Source: Alphaproteobacteria bacterium (GTDB lineage Bacteria; Pseudomonadota; Alphaproteobacteria; MPNO01). Taken from it: a stretch of DNA of 64,000 nt. The DNA lies in NCBI GenBank assembly GCA_965248835.1, contig CBDFLJ010000001.1, positions 832,001 through 896,000 of the forward strand, read 5' to 3'. The stretch's first letter is position 1. Each line of letters starts with the position of its first letter. This document shows positions 46,765 to 56,154 of the stretch, piece by piece. Below the pieces are notes generated by a model. The model saw only the letters and a program-made list of their open reading frames with translations. It did no database searches and was not told the DNA's origin. Both the position numbers and the translations under genes were made by a program.

Positions 46765-47217
46765 TCAGGCCAGGAACGCGAGCGAGGGATCGTCGCTGCG
46801 GTCACCGAAATCCGGACGCTGCTCCAGACCCGGATCATTGAATGCGGCATCCTCGTCGGGCGTCACCGGGCAGTCGAACTTGTCCCAGCGGTGCGAGCCG
46901 GCAATGTATTCGAGCCCGCCATCGCCCTTGCCGCATCCGTCATCTGATGGTTGTAGTGAGGCCGAACTCTAGTTGCATGGGATCAGCTGCCCTAATGGGA
47001 TGAACCGCCCTGTCGCGAGACGGCGTCGTGGACCGGCACCTAGCGTGCGCATCACGCCGACATAGGGCGGCGCATTTTCCGGCCGCAACGTCTCGTGCGC
47101 TGCCGCTCGGTCATATGACGCGATGGAACCGCTATCCGGACACGTATAATCGATCGGCGCCGGGGTCCGACCGACCGCCCACGAGGCTCCGGCACGGACC
47201 GGCGGTGAGGAGAGACA

Positions 47218-48471
47218 ATGTGGAATGAGGTCGCCGCCAGGATCGATTCGAATTACCGCTTCGCCGTCTTGGCGGCGTCGATTTTGCTGCTGCTGGTGGG
47301 TTCGGGCAGCACGTTCATCATCGTCGTGGCGCTGAAGCCGATCGCGCAGGAATTCAGCTGGCCGCGCGCCGTCCCCTCGCTCGCCTTCTCGATGCAATTC
47401 ATCGGCTCTGGTTTCGGCGGCATCGCGATGGGCTACGTGATGGATCGGATGGGCATGGGTAAACCGGCGCTGGTCGGATCGGTCATGATCGGTTGCAGCG
47501 CGCTCGCGGTCAGCGCCATCAGCAACGAGTGGCAGCTCTACGCGATCTATTTGATCATGGTCGGATTCCTGGGCATGGGCGCGTTGGCCGCACCGGCGAT
47601 GGCCAATATCACCCGCTGGTACGAACGGCACCGCGGCATGGCGGTCGGTATCGTCGCGAGCGGCAACAGCCTGGCCGGGATCGTTTGGCCGCCCATCTTC
47701 GGCCACTTCATCGACTCAGTCGGCTGGCGCCAGACATTCTTCTGGTTCGGTGTTTTCGCCCTGTGCGTGATGCTGCCGCTGTCGCTGATCATGCAGCGCC
47801 GGCCGCCGCCTCCCGCCAACGTCGTCGATCATGTCTCCGCGGCGCCAGCCTCGCAGCCCAGGCGGCGGATGCCGACCCGTCCGCTGTCGGTCAATGCCAC
47901 GCAGATCATTCTGTGCTGTGCGATCGTCGGGTGCTGCGTCGCGATGGCGCTGCCGCTCGGCCACCTGGTCGCCTATGTGACCGATCTTGGCCATCCGGTT
48001 GCCAATGCGGTCGAGATTCTCTCGGTCATGCTGATGACTTCCTTCCTCAGCCGGTCGATCTTCGTCGGCCTGTTGGCGGATCGTTTCGGCGGCCTCGTGT
48101 CGTTGTTCTTCTTCGCCGGCGTCCAGGCAGCCATGCTCGCGATGCTCACCGTGGTCGATGACCTAGCTGGGCTCTATATCGTCGCCGCCCTGTTCGGTCT
48201 CGGCTATGGCGGGATCTTCCCGGTCTATGCGGTGATCGTACGCGAACATATGCCAATCGGTCAGGCGGGCCGGCGAACCGGCATCGTCTTTCTGTTCGGC
48301 GCCGTCGCGATGGGCTTCGGCAGCTGGATGGGTGGCGTCCTGTTCGACGCGACCGGCGGCTATACCCTGGCCTTCCTCGGCGGCGTCGTGTTCAATGTCG
48401 CGACCCTGGCGATCGTCGGCGCGCTGATATTGCGGACCGGATCGCGGACCGTACGGTTCGCGACCGAATAA
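47218..48471 (+). CDS. MFS transporter (paralogue of 21117-22361)
   Basis: Shares VVALKPIA.EF.WPRAVPSLAFS.QFIGSGFGG and GCCVAMALPLGHLV.Y.TDLGHP with the earlier MFS. Confidence 0.9.
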   Translation: MWNEVAARIDSNYRFAVLAASILLLLVGSGSTFIIVVALKPIAQEFSWPRAVPSLAFSMQFIGSGFGGIAMGYVMDRMGMGKPALVGSVMIGCSALAVSAISNEWQLYAIYLIMVGFLGMGALAAPAMANITRWYERHRGMAVGIVASGNSLAGIVWPPIFGHFIDSVGWRQTFFWFGVFALCVMLPLSLIMQRRPPPPANVVDHVSAAPASQPRRRMPTRPLSVNATQIILCCAIVGCCVAMALPLGHLVAYVTDLGHPVANAVEILSVMLMTSFLSRSIFVGLLADRFGGLVSLFFFAGVQAAMLAMLTVVDDLAGLYIVAALFGLGYGGIFPVYAVIVREHMPIGQAGRRTGIVFLFGAVAMGFGSWMGGVLFDATGGYTLAFLGGVVFNVATLAIVGALILRTGSRTVRFATE

Positions 48472-48543
48472 CAGGTGGCCGATTGGATCCTTGCCGAGCA
48501 GGATGGTCGGCACCGACCGACCGAGAGGGGGCCGTCGACGGCC

Positions 48544-48735
48544 ATGCAATCGAACCGGCTGTCCGAGCCGCTGGGCGCCGAGATCCTGGGGCTTGTCTCA
48601 CCAAGAAGATCCGCAACGAGACGGTCGATGCGCGCCGCCGGGGCACTCTCGAGCATCATCTGTTCGTGGTCTGCGACAGCATATCGAGCCGGGCGACCAG
48701 GGGCGGTTCTGCCGGCTGTTCGGCGAGTCCAGCCG
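48544..48735 (+). pseudogene. Degenerate N-terminal fragment of a TauD/TfdA dioxygenase
   Basis: RLSEPLGAEILGL / LEHHLFVV / QHIEPGDQGRFCRLFGE spread over three frames. Confidence 0.7.
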
Positions 48736-48774
48736 CAGCGGATTGCCGCCGAGCTCGAATCCAAGGACCACGTC

Positions 48775-48906
48775 GGCATGATGCTGCATCAGGACGGCTC
48801 GCGCCATGAGTGGTTGGCCGGCAAGCGCCGCCAGACCTGATCGTGACCGTGGCCGACGCCACCGGTGAGATCCACTCGGTCTCCCTGGTCGAGGAGGACG
48901 GCACCC
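48775..48906 (+). mobile_element. ISNCY-type transposase internal remnant
   Basis: GMMLHQDGSRHEWL / DLIVTVADATGEIHSVSLVEEDGT matches the rve-like core I recall for ISNCY transposases; frameshifted. Confidence 0.68.
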
Positions 48907-48978
48907 GGTGCGAGATCGGGGCTGCGCTGTCGCCGGCGGCGATTGACCGCCGACACGCCCGGCCTCACTATCGTCGCG

Positions 48979-49812
48979 ATGACCATCGAGATCGTGCCGC
49001 TGTCGAAGACCATGGGTGCCGAAATTGGCGGCGTGGACCTTTCGCGCCCGCTCGATCCGGCGATCGCCTCGGCCCTGCGCGCGGCCTGGCTCGATCATGT
49101 GCTGCTGGTCTTTCGCGGCCAGGCGCTCGACGATGCAGCGCTCAAGCGCAGCGCGGACTGGTTGGGCGAACCGGCGGAGATCTCCATGCCGGTCGACCGG
49201 CGCGGCGATGACGACGCCTCGATCGCGCTGATCTCCAACATCCGCGACGGGGCCGGTGCGCCGATCGGCGCGCTGGGCGACGGCGACATGTGGTTCCACC
49301 ACGACAACAGCTACACCGAGGCGCCGGACAAGGCGACGTGGCTCTATGCCGTCGAGTTGCCGAGCAGCGGCGGCAACACGTTGTTCGGCAATTGCTACCG
49401 CGCCTACGCGGCGCTGCCCGGACACCTGCGCCGGTCGCTGGCCGGAAGAGAGGTTCTCCAGGTCTACGACTACACGCTCAAGAAGCGACCCGATATCGGG
49501 GACCTCGGCGGAATCCCCCATTTCTGGCAGCCGGCGGTGATCGTCCACCCTCTCACGCGGAAAAAGTCGCTCTATGTCGATCGCCTGATGACGGCGGCGA
49601 TCAGCGGCTATGACCGCGCGGCCAGCGAGGCGCTGATCGAGGAGATCTGCGTTTACACCGAACGGGCCGACTACGAGCATGTCTGGCGGCCGGGCGACTA
49701 CGTGATATGGGACAACCGCTGCTCGGTGCACGCCCGCACCGATTTCCCGGCCCATGAGCGCCGCCTGCTCAAGCGCGGCAAGGTCGCGGGGGAGCCCCTG
49801 ATCGCGGCTTAG
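48979..49812 (+). CDS. TauD/TfdA family Fe(II)/2-oxoglutarate dioxygenase
   Basis: MGAEIGGVDL, WFHHDNSY (HxD), GGNTLF, IWDNRCSVHAR; ATG at 48979. Confidence 0.9.
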   Translation: MTIEIVPLSKTMGAEIGGVDLSRPLDPAIASALRAAWLDHVLLVFRGQALDDAALKRSADWLGEPAEISMPVDRRGDDDASIALISNIRDGAGAPIGALGDGDMWFHHDNSYTEAPDKATWLYAVELPSSGGNTLFGNCYRAYAALPGHLRRSLAGREVLQVYDYTLKKRPDIGDLGGIPHFWQPAVIVHPLTRKKSLYVDRLMTAAISGYDRAASEALIEEICVYTERADYEHVWRPGDYVIWDNRCSVHARTDFPAHERRLLKRGKVAGEPLIAA

Positions 49813-49844
49813 CCCGATCTGTTCGTCCTATCGCTGATTTTCGA

Positions 49845-49930
49845 TGATGCGGGCGAGCGGCGTGCGGCAGAACTCGTATTCCGCCTTGGTGTGGTGGCCG
49901 CCGGTGTCGATTGCGACGGCGCGGAGCGGC
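49845..49930 (-). pseudogene. Short phage terminase large subunit (GpA-like) fragment, copy 1
   Basis: Reverse-strand translation AVAIDTGGHHTKAEYEFCRTPLAR; 54/60 nt identical to 53442-53501. Confidence 0.68.
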
Positions 49931-50211
49931 TATGTCGGCCTGCCCGACCACGATCCGAAGGTCGTTGGCGCGATAGACGCCCACCTGATGCTGAGGTGGG
50001 TCCACCGCGTGTTCGCCAATCTCAAACGCTGGGCGCTCGGCACGTTCCACAGCCTGCGCTGCGCGCACCTGCGCCGCTATCTCGACGCGTTCGTGTTCCG
50101 ATGGAACCGCCGCCGTCATACCGCCGCCGCCTTCGACACCCTGCTCGGCTTCGGCGCCCGCCTCGGCCCCGATGATCAATGTCTTGGAGCTCCGGGGCTA
50201 AAGGAATAGCC
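49916..50211 (+). mobile_element. IS1595-family transposase 3' remnant
   Basis: GYVGLPDHDPKVVG..AH..LRWVHRVFANLKRWALGTFH..HLRRYLD.FVFRWNRR (ISXO2-like DDE C-terminus). Confidence 0.82.
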
Positions 50212-50256
50212 TTTTTCCCGATTAGAGCGCGTCGGCGAGATATGCATCAAGGCGCG

Positions 50257-52197
50257 TTATTCGCCGACGGGATTGACCGCGGTGCGGCGGCGAAATGCCA
50301 TCTCGCCGGCAAAGAGCGCGGCGCCGAGACCAACGCCTGCGAGGTTGACGACGACCGCGCCCTCGAAGACTCCCATCGGAATTAGGGCGCACAGGCCGGC
50401 GACGAGGAAACCGAGCCGAGGGAGCCCGCCCAGCGGGCGGACGAAATACCCGATCAAGCCGACCGAGAACATCCAGACACCGACCATGGCGATGCCGGTC
50501 ACCAGCAAAATATCCTCGACCGCTCCCTGTAGGATGAGGCCGGGAGAAAGCACGAATAGAAACGGAATGACATAGGCGAGCCAGCCAAATTTGACCGCGG
50601 CGAAACCGGTCTTCATCGTGTCCGCGCCGGTCAGGCTGGCCGCGGCAAAGGCGGCAATCGCCACCGGGGGGGTGATCATCGACATCATCCCGAAATAGAG
50701 CACGAAAAGATGCGCGGCCATTTTGTCGACGCCAAGCTCGACCAATGACGGCGCCACCAGCGCGGCAACCAGGACGTAAACCGCCAGCGTCGGCATGCCC
50801 ATCCCCAGAACGATGCAGATCAGCGCCGCCAGGAGAAGCAAAACAAAGAGATTGCCGCCGGCAATGCTGCTCAGCGTGTGGGTCAGTGCGAAGGCGAGGC
50901 CGGAGATGTTGAGCAAACCGATCATGAGACCGGCCGCCGCAACCAGCAGCAACAATTCGATACAGGATAGGCCGGTATCGCGCAGCGATTTCAGGACCAA
51001 GGAGAGCCCCGCCCGCGTGCCGTCATAGCCGAAGACGAACCCGCAGATCAGCAAGACGACGACCCCGTAGAGAGCGGCCTCCTCGGGACGCAGGTTCGCG
51101 CCGAACAACCCGTAGATCAGAACGCCGAACGGCAGAGGAAAGAACCATCCCGCTCGAAGCACCGGCCCCGCCTTGGGCAACTTGTCGGGCGCGATCTTGG
51201 CGATACCGGTCTTGGCGGCCTCGAGATCGACCAGCGCGAACAGCGCAAGGTAGTAAAAGATAGCGGGGATCAGCGCCGCCAGCACGACCTCGGCGTAGGC
51301 TACTTCGAGCACCTCGGCCATGACAAAAGCGGCGGCTCCCATGAGCGGAGGCATGAGCTGCCCGCCCGTCGATGAGACGGCTTCGATAGCTCCGGCGGAC
51401 TCAGCGCTGTAGCCCGAGTCACGCATCAGCGGAATAGTAATGACGCCGGTCGAAACGACGTTCGACACCGCGCTGCCGGAAATCGAGCCGAACAGGCTGG
51501 AGGCGGCAACGGCGATCTTGGCCGAGCCGCCGCGGTACCGGCCCATCCCGGCCATTGCGATCCCGGTGAAGAACTTCGATCCCCCGGTTTGAAACAACAC
51601 CTGGCCGAGAAACAGAAACGCAATGACCACGGTGGTGCCGATTTTCATCGGCGTGCCGAGCAGCGCCTGCGGGTCGAGCGACAGCCCGATCAACAGGTCC
51701 ATCGTGTCGATAGATCGCGCCTGGAGTTTTCCCGGCAGATGATGACCCCACATGGCGTAGGCCACGAACACGAGCAGCACCAGCACCAGCACGGGCCCGG
51801 CGGACCTTCTGACGCCTTCGATGATGAGCAGGAGCAACAACCCACTGACGATTAACGCGTGGATCGGCCGGAAGGCGATTTCATTGGCCAGCTGCGGATA
51901 GTCGACCGAGACATAGGCCGCTGTGAAAAAGCCGGCGGCCGCCGCCAGCACGTCATACCACGGCACTGGTCCAGCCGCGCCCTTGCGCGCCGGGACCGTC
52001 AGAAAGGCCAACGCCAGCACCAGCGCCAGCATGCCTGCCAGGAACTGCTCGTTGTAGAGGACGAGCCCAGCCTTGGTGTAGAGATCGGCGGCCCAGCCGA
52101 TCGCGCCCAGCGTCAGCAGAACGGCAAGAACGGAGACCACGCCGCGGGAGAACGGGTTGAGCCGCTCCGCGGCGGGGTCTTTCGCCGTGTCCGCCAA
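50257..52197 (-). CDS. TAXI-TRAP fused 4TM/12TM permease
   Basis: GSISGSAVSNVVSTG, STGGQLMPPLMGAAAF, LGMGMPT, SMITPPVA. Confidence 0.92.
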   Translation of the reverse strand: MADTAKDPAAERLNPFSRGVVSVLAVLLTLGAIGWAADLYTKAGLVLYNEQFLAGMLALVLALAFLTVPARKGAAGPVPWYDVLAAAAGFFTAAYVSVDYPQLANEIAFRPIHALIVSGLLLLLIIEGVRRSAGPVLVLVLLVFVAYAMWGHHLPGKLQARSIDTMDLLIGLSLDPQALLGTPMKIGTTVVIAFLFLGQVLFQTGGSKFFTGIAMAGMGRYRGGSAKIAVAASSLFGSISGSAVSNVVSTGVITIPLMRDSGYSAESAGAIEAVSSTGGQLMPPLMGAAAFVMAEVLEVAYAEVVLAALIPAIFYYLALFALVDLEAAKTGIAKIAPDKLPKAGPVLRAGWFFPLPFGVLIYGLFGANLRPEEAALYGVVVLLICGFVFGYDGTRAGLSLVLKSLRDTGLSCIELLLLVAAAGLMIGLLNISGLAFALTHTLSSIAGGNLFVLLLLAALICIVLGMGMPTLAVYVLVAALVAPSLVELGVDKMAAHLFVLYFGMMSMITPPVAIAAFAAASLTGADTMKTGFAAVKFGWLAYVIPFLFVLSPGLILQGAVEDILLVTGIAMVGVWMFSVGLIGYFVRPLGGLPRLGFLVAGLCALIPMGVFEGAVVVNLAGVGLGAALFAGEMAFRRRTAVNPVGE

Positions 52198-52209
52198 GGT
52201 CCGAAAGTC

Positions 52210-53172
52210 TTAGAGAAGCCCCGCTTCCTTGTAGTACTTGGCGGCACCCGGATGGAACGCGACACCAAGGCCCTTCTTGGCGATCAGATCGGGTTTGAAA
52301 CCGCGGAAGACACCATGGCCCGAAATCAGCGCCTTTTTGTTCTGGTGCAGCGCCTTGGCGGATTTATAGGCGATCTCGTTCGCGACCTTGGCACCGGCGA
52401 TGATCAGGTAGTCGAACCCGATCATTTTGGTGGGCGCGGTGATATAGGGCATCCGCTTCGACGGCTTGACCGTTACGTAGTACGACCCCGGTGCGATGCT
52501 GCGCAGTTTTTTCAAGCTGTCGGGCGTCTCATTCAGCGGGATGAACCGGATCCCGATGGAAGCGTGCGCCTTTCGCACTATCCCTGACCCGGGCGCGAGA
52601 TACGACGCGACGACCCGTCCGGCCACGAGTTCGTCCGTGCCGCGCACGAAGTTCGGCACTGGCACGCCCTTCACGTCGGCATAGGACATGCCCTCGGCGG
52701 CGAGGACAGCGCGCACGAGGACCCCGACCAGCTTCTGGCTGGTGAACCCGGACGGCATTCTCTGGCCTCTGAAATCCGCGACCCGCTGGATCTTCGAATC
52801 CTTGCGCACCATGAACCCGGTTTGAAACTCGACCAACCGCGCAAGCACGCGCAGGTTGCTGTTCTTGCGGCCCTCATAGGGTCCTTCGCCGTTGAACGCG
52901 AAAATCGCCTCGGGGCCGGCGGCGGTCGACATGTCCAGCCGGCCCTGGTTGACCTGCGGGAAATAAATGTTGCCGCCACCGATGCCGATTGCCCGCGTAT
53001 TGAGGTCGGTCTTGTCACCGATCACCTTGGCCACGGCCGCGGCGATCGAATAAGAGAGCGAACCCTGCGGCAGTGCGCCAATGCTCACGGTTTGTGCGTT
53101 GGCGGTCTGACCGAGCAGACCGGCGGTCAGGACCAATGCCAAAGCGCCCGCCATCTTACCCGATTTCGTCAT
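52210..53172 (-). CDS. TAXI-family TRAP substrate-binding protein
   Basis: Signal peptide, IGALPQGSLSY, C-terminal FHPGAAKYYKEAGL. Confidence 0.9.
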   Translation of the reverse strand: MTKSGKMAGALALVLTAGLLGQTANAQTVSIGALPQGSLSYSIAAAVAKVIGDKTDLNTRAIGIGGGNIYFPQVNQGRLDMSTAAGPEAIFAFNGEGPYEGRKNSNLRVLARLVEFQTGFMVRKDSKIQRVADFRGQRMPSGFTSQKLVGVLVRAVLAAEGMSYADVKGVPVPNFVRGTDELVAGRVVASYLAPGSGIVRKAHASIGIRFIPLNETPDSLKKLRSIAPGSYYVTVKPSKRMPYITAPTKMIGFDYLIIAGAKVANEIAYKSAKALHQNKKALISGHGVFRGFKPDLIAKKGLGVAFHPGAAKYYKEAGLL

Positions 53173-53260
53173 CCGTCGACCTCCCTAAATGACTGTTCCA
53201 CCCGGCAAAGCGCGCCGATAACGCTCAACGCTAACGCATATTGGATCGCAGTGGAAACGC

Positions 53261-53386
53261 TGAGCTTGCCCCGGCTTGGTGGACGCCTGATCATTTGAGA
53301 TGGAAGAGGCCACGATGTCCCGGAAACGACCACCGTATCCGCCTGCGTTCCGCGTTTAGCTTGTCGAACTGGTCCGCGCGGGCCGG
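53261..53386 (+). mobile_element. IS3-family left end with truncated, nonsense-mutated orfA
   Basis: TGAGCTTGCCCCG..TTGGTGGAC terminus, then ATG 53315 MSRKRPPYPPAFRV*LVELVRAGR. Confidence 0.72.
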
Positions 53387-53640
53387 CGCGGCCAGACGGG
53401 CACGCCGGTGCCGCCGCGCCCCTTGATCGCCCGGACGCGGTGGGCGAGCCGGGTGCGGCAGAACGCGTGTTCCGCCTTGGTGTGGCGGCCGCCGGCGTCG
53501 AAAGCGTGACGGCGCGGATCGGCAGGTCGGGCATGACCTTGGCGTCGGCGCAGGTTGCTTGCGGGGCGGTATCCGGATCGGCCCAGACGCGGGAGCCGGA
53601 GGGATCGCCCCAGATCACCCGGTCGTCGACCATCCGCCCG
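53368..53640 (-). pseudogene. Phage terminase large subunit (GpA-like) nuclease-domain fragment, copy 2, frameshifted
   Basis: RVIWGDPSGSRVWAD..PDLPIRAV / DAGGRHTKAEHAFCRTRLAHRVRAIKGRGGTGVPVWPRRP. Confidence 0.72.
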
Positions 53641-53967
53641 TCGCCACAGGCGCAACAACCGGGCGGAAGCGGCCAATTGATATGCTATTAAGACCGGACG
53701 GATCGGCTGTCGCGGCACGGCGTCGATCAAGGGTGCAGACCGAGCAGGCTCGGGGACGATGACCGACGCGCCGCGTGCTTGCCGATATTGTGCTTCGGAG
53801 ATCGTGGGGATCGACATCTGCACCCTCGGCGAGTTCACTACGGCAAAGAGGCCGGCGGCCAGGGCGCGGCCCTGCCCTCCAAGAGCGCTATTGGTTGCCG
53901 GCTGCCGGGTAGCCGTGTCCTTGAACGCCGGCATGGTCCGGCACCACGAAGGGAGGCCTGATCCACC

Positions 53968-55212
53968 ATGACCAGATCGAAACCCCCGTTCCGCGCCGAT
54001 CATGTCGGCAGCCTGCTGCGCCCGCCGGCGATCAAGGACGCGCGTGCCGGCTACGAGCGCGGCGACATCGACGCCGGCCGGTTGCGCGCAGTCGAGGACC
54101 GTGAGATCGCGGGGATCATCGGGAAACAGCAAGAAGTCGGGCTGAAGGTTGTGACAGACGGCGAGTACCGCCGGTCCTGGTGGCATTTCGATTTCCTCGG
54201 CGGCCTCGACGGCGTCGACATCGTCCAGGCCGAGCAGGGGATCCAGTTCCAGGGGCGCGAGACCAAGGCCCAGGGGATCGAGGTGACCGGCAAGATCGGG
54301 TTCTCGGACCATCCGATGCTGGATCATTTTCGCTTTCTCAAGGACCACGCCTCGGTGATGCCGAAAATGACGATCCCGAGCCCGAGCGTCCTTCATTTCC
54401 GCCAGGACGACAGCGCGCGGCGTGCGCTCTACCCGGACATCGACGAATTCTTCGACGACCTTGCCGCCGCCTATGCCAAGGCGATCAAGGCTTTCTACGA
54501 CGCCGGCTGCCGGTACCTGCAGCTCGACGACACGGTCTGGGCCTATCTGTGCTCCGATGTCGAGCTGGACAAGGCCCGCGAACGCGGCCACGACACCGAC
54601 GGGCTCGACGACAGATACGCGCGCGCCATCAACGGTGCGATTGCCGGCCGGCCGGACGACATGACCGTCACCATGCATGTCTGCCGGGGCAATTTCCGAT
54701 CCACCTGGATCTCCGAGGGCGGCTACGAGCCGGTCGCGGAGAAGGTGCTCGCGGGGCTCGACCTCGACGGCTACTTCCTCGAATACGACACCGAGCGCGC
54801 CGGCGGCTTCGAGCCCCTCCGTTTCCTGCCCAAGGGCGAAAAGATCGTCGTCCTCGGCCTCATCACGTCCAAGTCGGGCGCGCTCGAGGACAGGGACGCG
54901 GTCAAGCGCCGGATCGAGGAAGCCGCGAAATTCGCCGACCTCGACCAGCTCTGCCTGAGCCCCCAATGCGGCTTCGCCTCGACCGAGGAAGGCAACGTGC
55001 TGTCCGAGGACGAGCAGTGGGCCAAGCTGCGCGAGATCATCGAGATTTCGGACGTCTGGGGTTGCCCAAAACGTCGGTCGACGCCGCACGGGGCGGTGTC
55101 GGCGCACGGTGGCGGGCGGGCCGGATGGCGGGCGGCGGGCCTGACCGCGCGCAGCTTCCTGCGGCCCGGCTCGGCCGGCCCAACCTCACCGTGGGTCAGG
55201 CCAGCCGGGTGA
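53968..55212 (+). CDS. Short MetE-like methionine synthase (C-terminal catalytic domain only); native end near 55062 lacks its stop and reads into the GMC remnant
   Basis: PFRADHVGSLLRP, VTDGEYRR, YLQLDD, HVCRGNF, FLEYD, LSPQCGFAS, QWAKL..VWG, then ~50 extra aa. Confidence 0.88.
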   Translation: MTRSKPPFRADHVGSLLRPPAIKDARAGYERGDIDAGRLRAVEDREIAGIIGKQQEVGLKVVTDGEYRRSWWHFDFLGGLDGVDIVQAEQGIQFQGRETKAQGIEVTGKIGFSDHPMLDHFRFLKDHASVMPKMTIPSPSVLHFRQDDSARRALYPDIDEFFDDLAAAYAKAIKAFYDAGCRYLQLDDTVWAYLCSDVELDKARERGHDTDGLDDRYARAINGAIAGRPDDMTVTMHVCRGNFRSTWISEGGYEPVAEKVLAGLDLDGYFLEYDTERAGGFEPLRFLPKGEKIVVLGLITSKSGALEDRDAVKRRIEEAAKFADLDQLCLSPQCGFASTEEGNVLSEDEQWAKLREIIEISDVWGCPKRRSTPHGAVSAHGGGRAGWRAAGLTARSFLRPGSAGPTSPWVRPAG

Positions 55213-56154
55213 TCATCGAACAGGGCCGGGCCACCGGAGTCGCGTTTCGTCAGAACGGCGGGGTGCGTACCGCGCACACGCGAGGTGATTCTTTCGGGCG
55301 GCACCTACAACTCGCCGCAGCTCCTCATGCTGTCGGGCATTGGCCCGGCCGCCCTACTGGCGGAGCACGGCATCACGACCGTCATCGACCGGCCCGCAGT
55401 GGGCGAGAACCTGCAGGAGCACGTCAACACCTTCGTGACCTTCAACTGCGCCAAGCCGGTTTCGTTCGACCCCTACATGCGTTTCGACCGCATCACCGGC
55501 TCGGTGCTGCGCTGGCTCGCCACCAAGACCGGGCGCGCGGCGAGCCTGCCGCTGCAATGCGCGTGCTTCATCCGCACCCAGCCGGAAAGCGAGAGACCGG
55601 ACATCGAGCTCCTGGTGAGCCCAGTGGCACCCGAAGCCCATATCTGGTTTCCGGGCATCCGCGAGCCGCTCGGCCATCGGTTCTCCAGCCGCATCGCGGT
55701 GCTTCAGCCCAGGAGCCGGGGGCGCGTGTGGCTGCGCTCGGCCGATCCATCGGACCCGCCGCGCGTGTTGTGGAACCTGTTCGACGATCCCGCCGACCTG
55801 CGGACGCTGCGAGACGGCGTCAAGACGGTGCGGCGGATCTTCGCGACCGAGCCGATGGCGGGCGTGATCGCCGACGAGGTCAGGCCGGGCCCCGATGCCA
55901 GGACCGATTCCGATATCGAGGCGTTCCTGCGGCATAACTGCGAGACCGCCCATCACCCTGCCGGCACTTGCCGGATGGGCGTCGACGACAGCGCCGTCGT
56001 CGACGCAGAGCTTCGCGTCAGGGGCATCGAGGGGCTTCGCGTCGCCGACTGTTCGATCATGCCCGACGTGGTCGGCGCCAACACCAACGCGCCGACCATC
56101 ATGATCGCGGAGCAGGCGTCCGAGATGATCAGGGCCGCCGCGGGGGGCGAATAG
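55141..56154 (+). pseudogene. GMC (choline dehydrogenase-like) oxidoreductase, 5'-truncated and frameshifted
   Basis: TARSFLRP / RPNLTV..RATGV / [55 protein letters not shown]; no GxGxxG N-terminus. Confidence 0.85.

Larger units (their letters stand above)
45590..46948 (-). pseudogene. PhyH-family dioxygenase pseudogene interrupted by the IS5-family element
   Basis: Joining the IS flanks gives ..GGLEYIAGSHRWDK..PDF..LAFLA*DVEAGDCICHHPLTVHGAGGN..RRMALSIRYLGDDVTW..; further stop and frameshift downstream; 5' part missing. Confidence 0.82.

Noticed and set aside
49845-53640. Intact prophage or gene transfer agent
   Set aside because: Only two short degenerate terminase fragments; no portal, capsid, tail or integrase genes.
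53641-53960. Small ORFs upstream of the third MetE-like gene
   Set aside because: No recognisable motifs or consistent frame; probably degraded or intergenic sequence.
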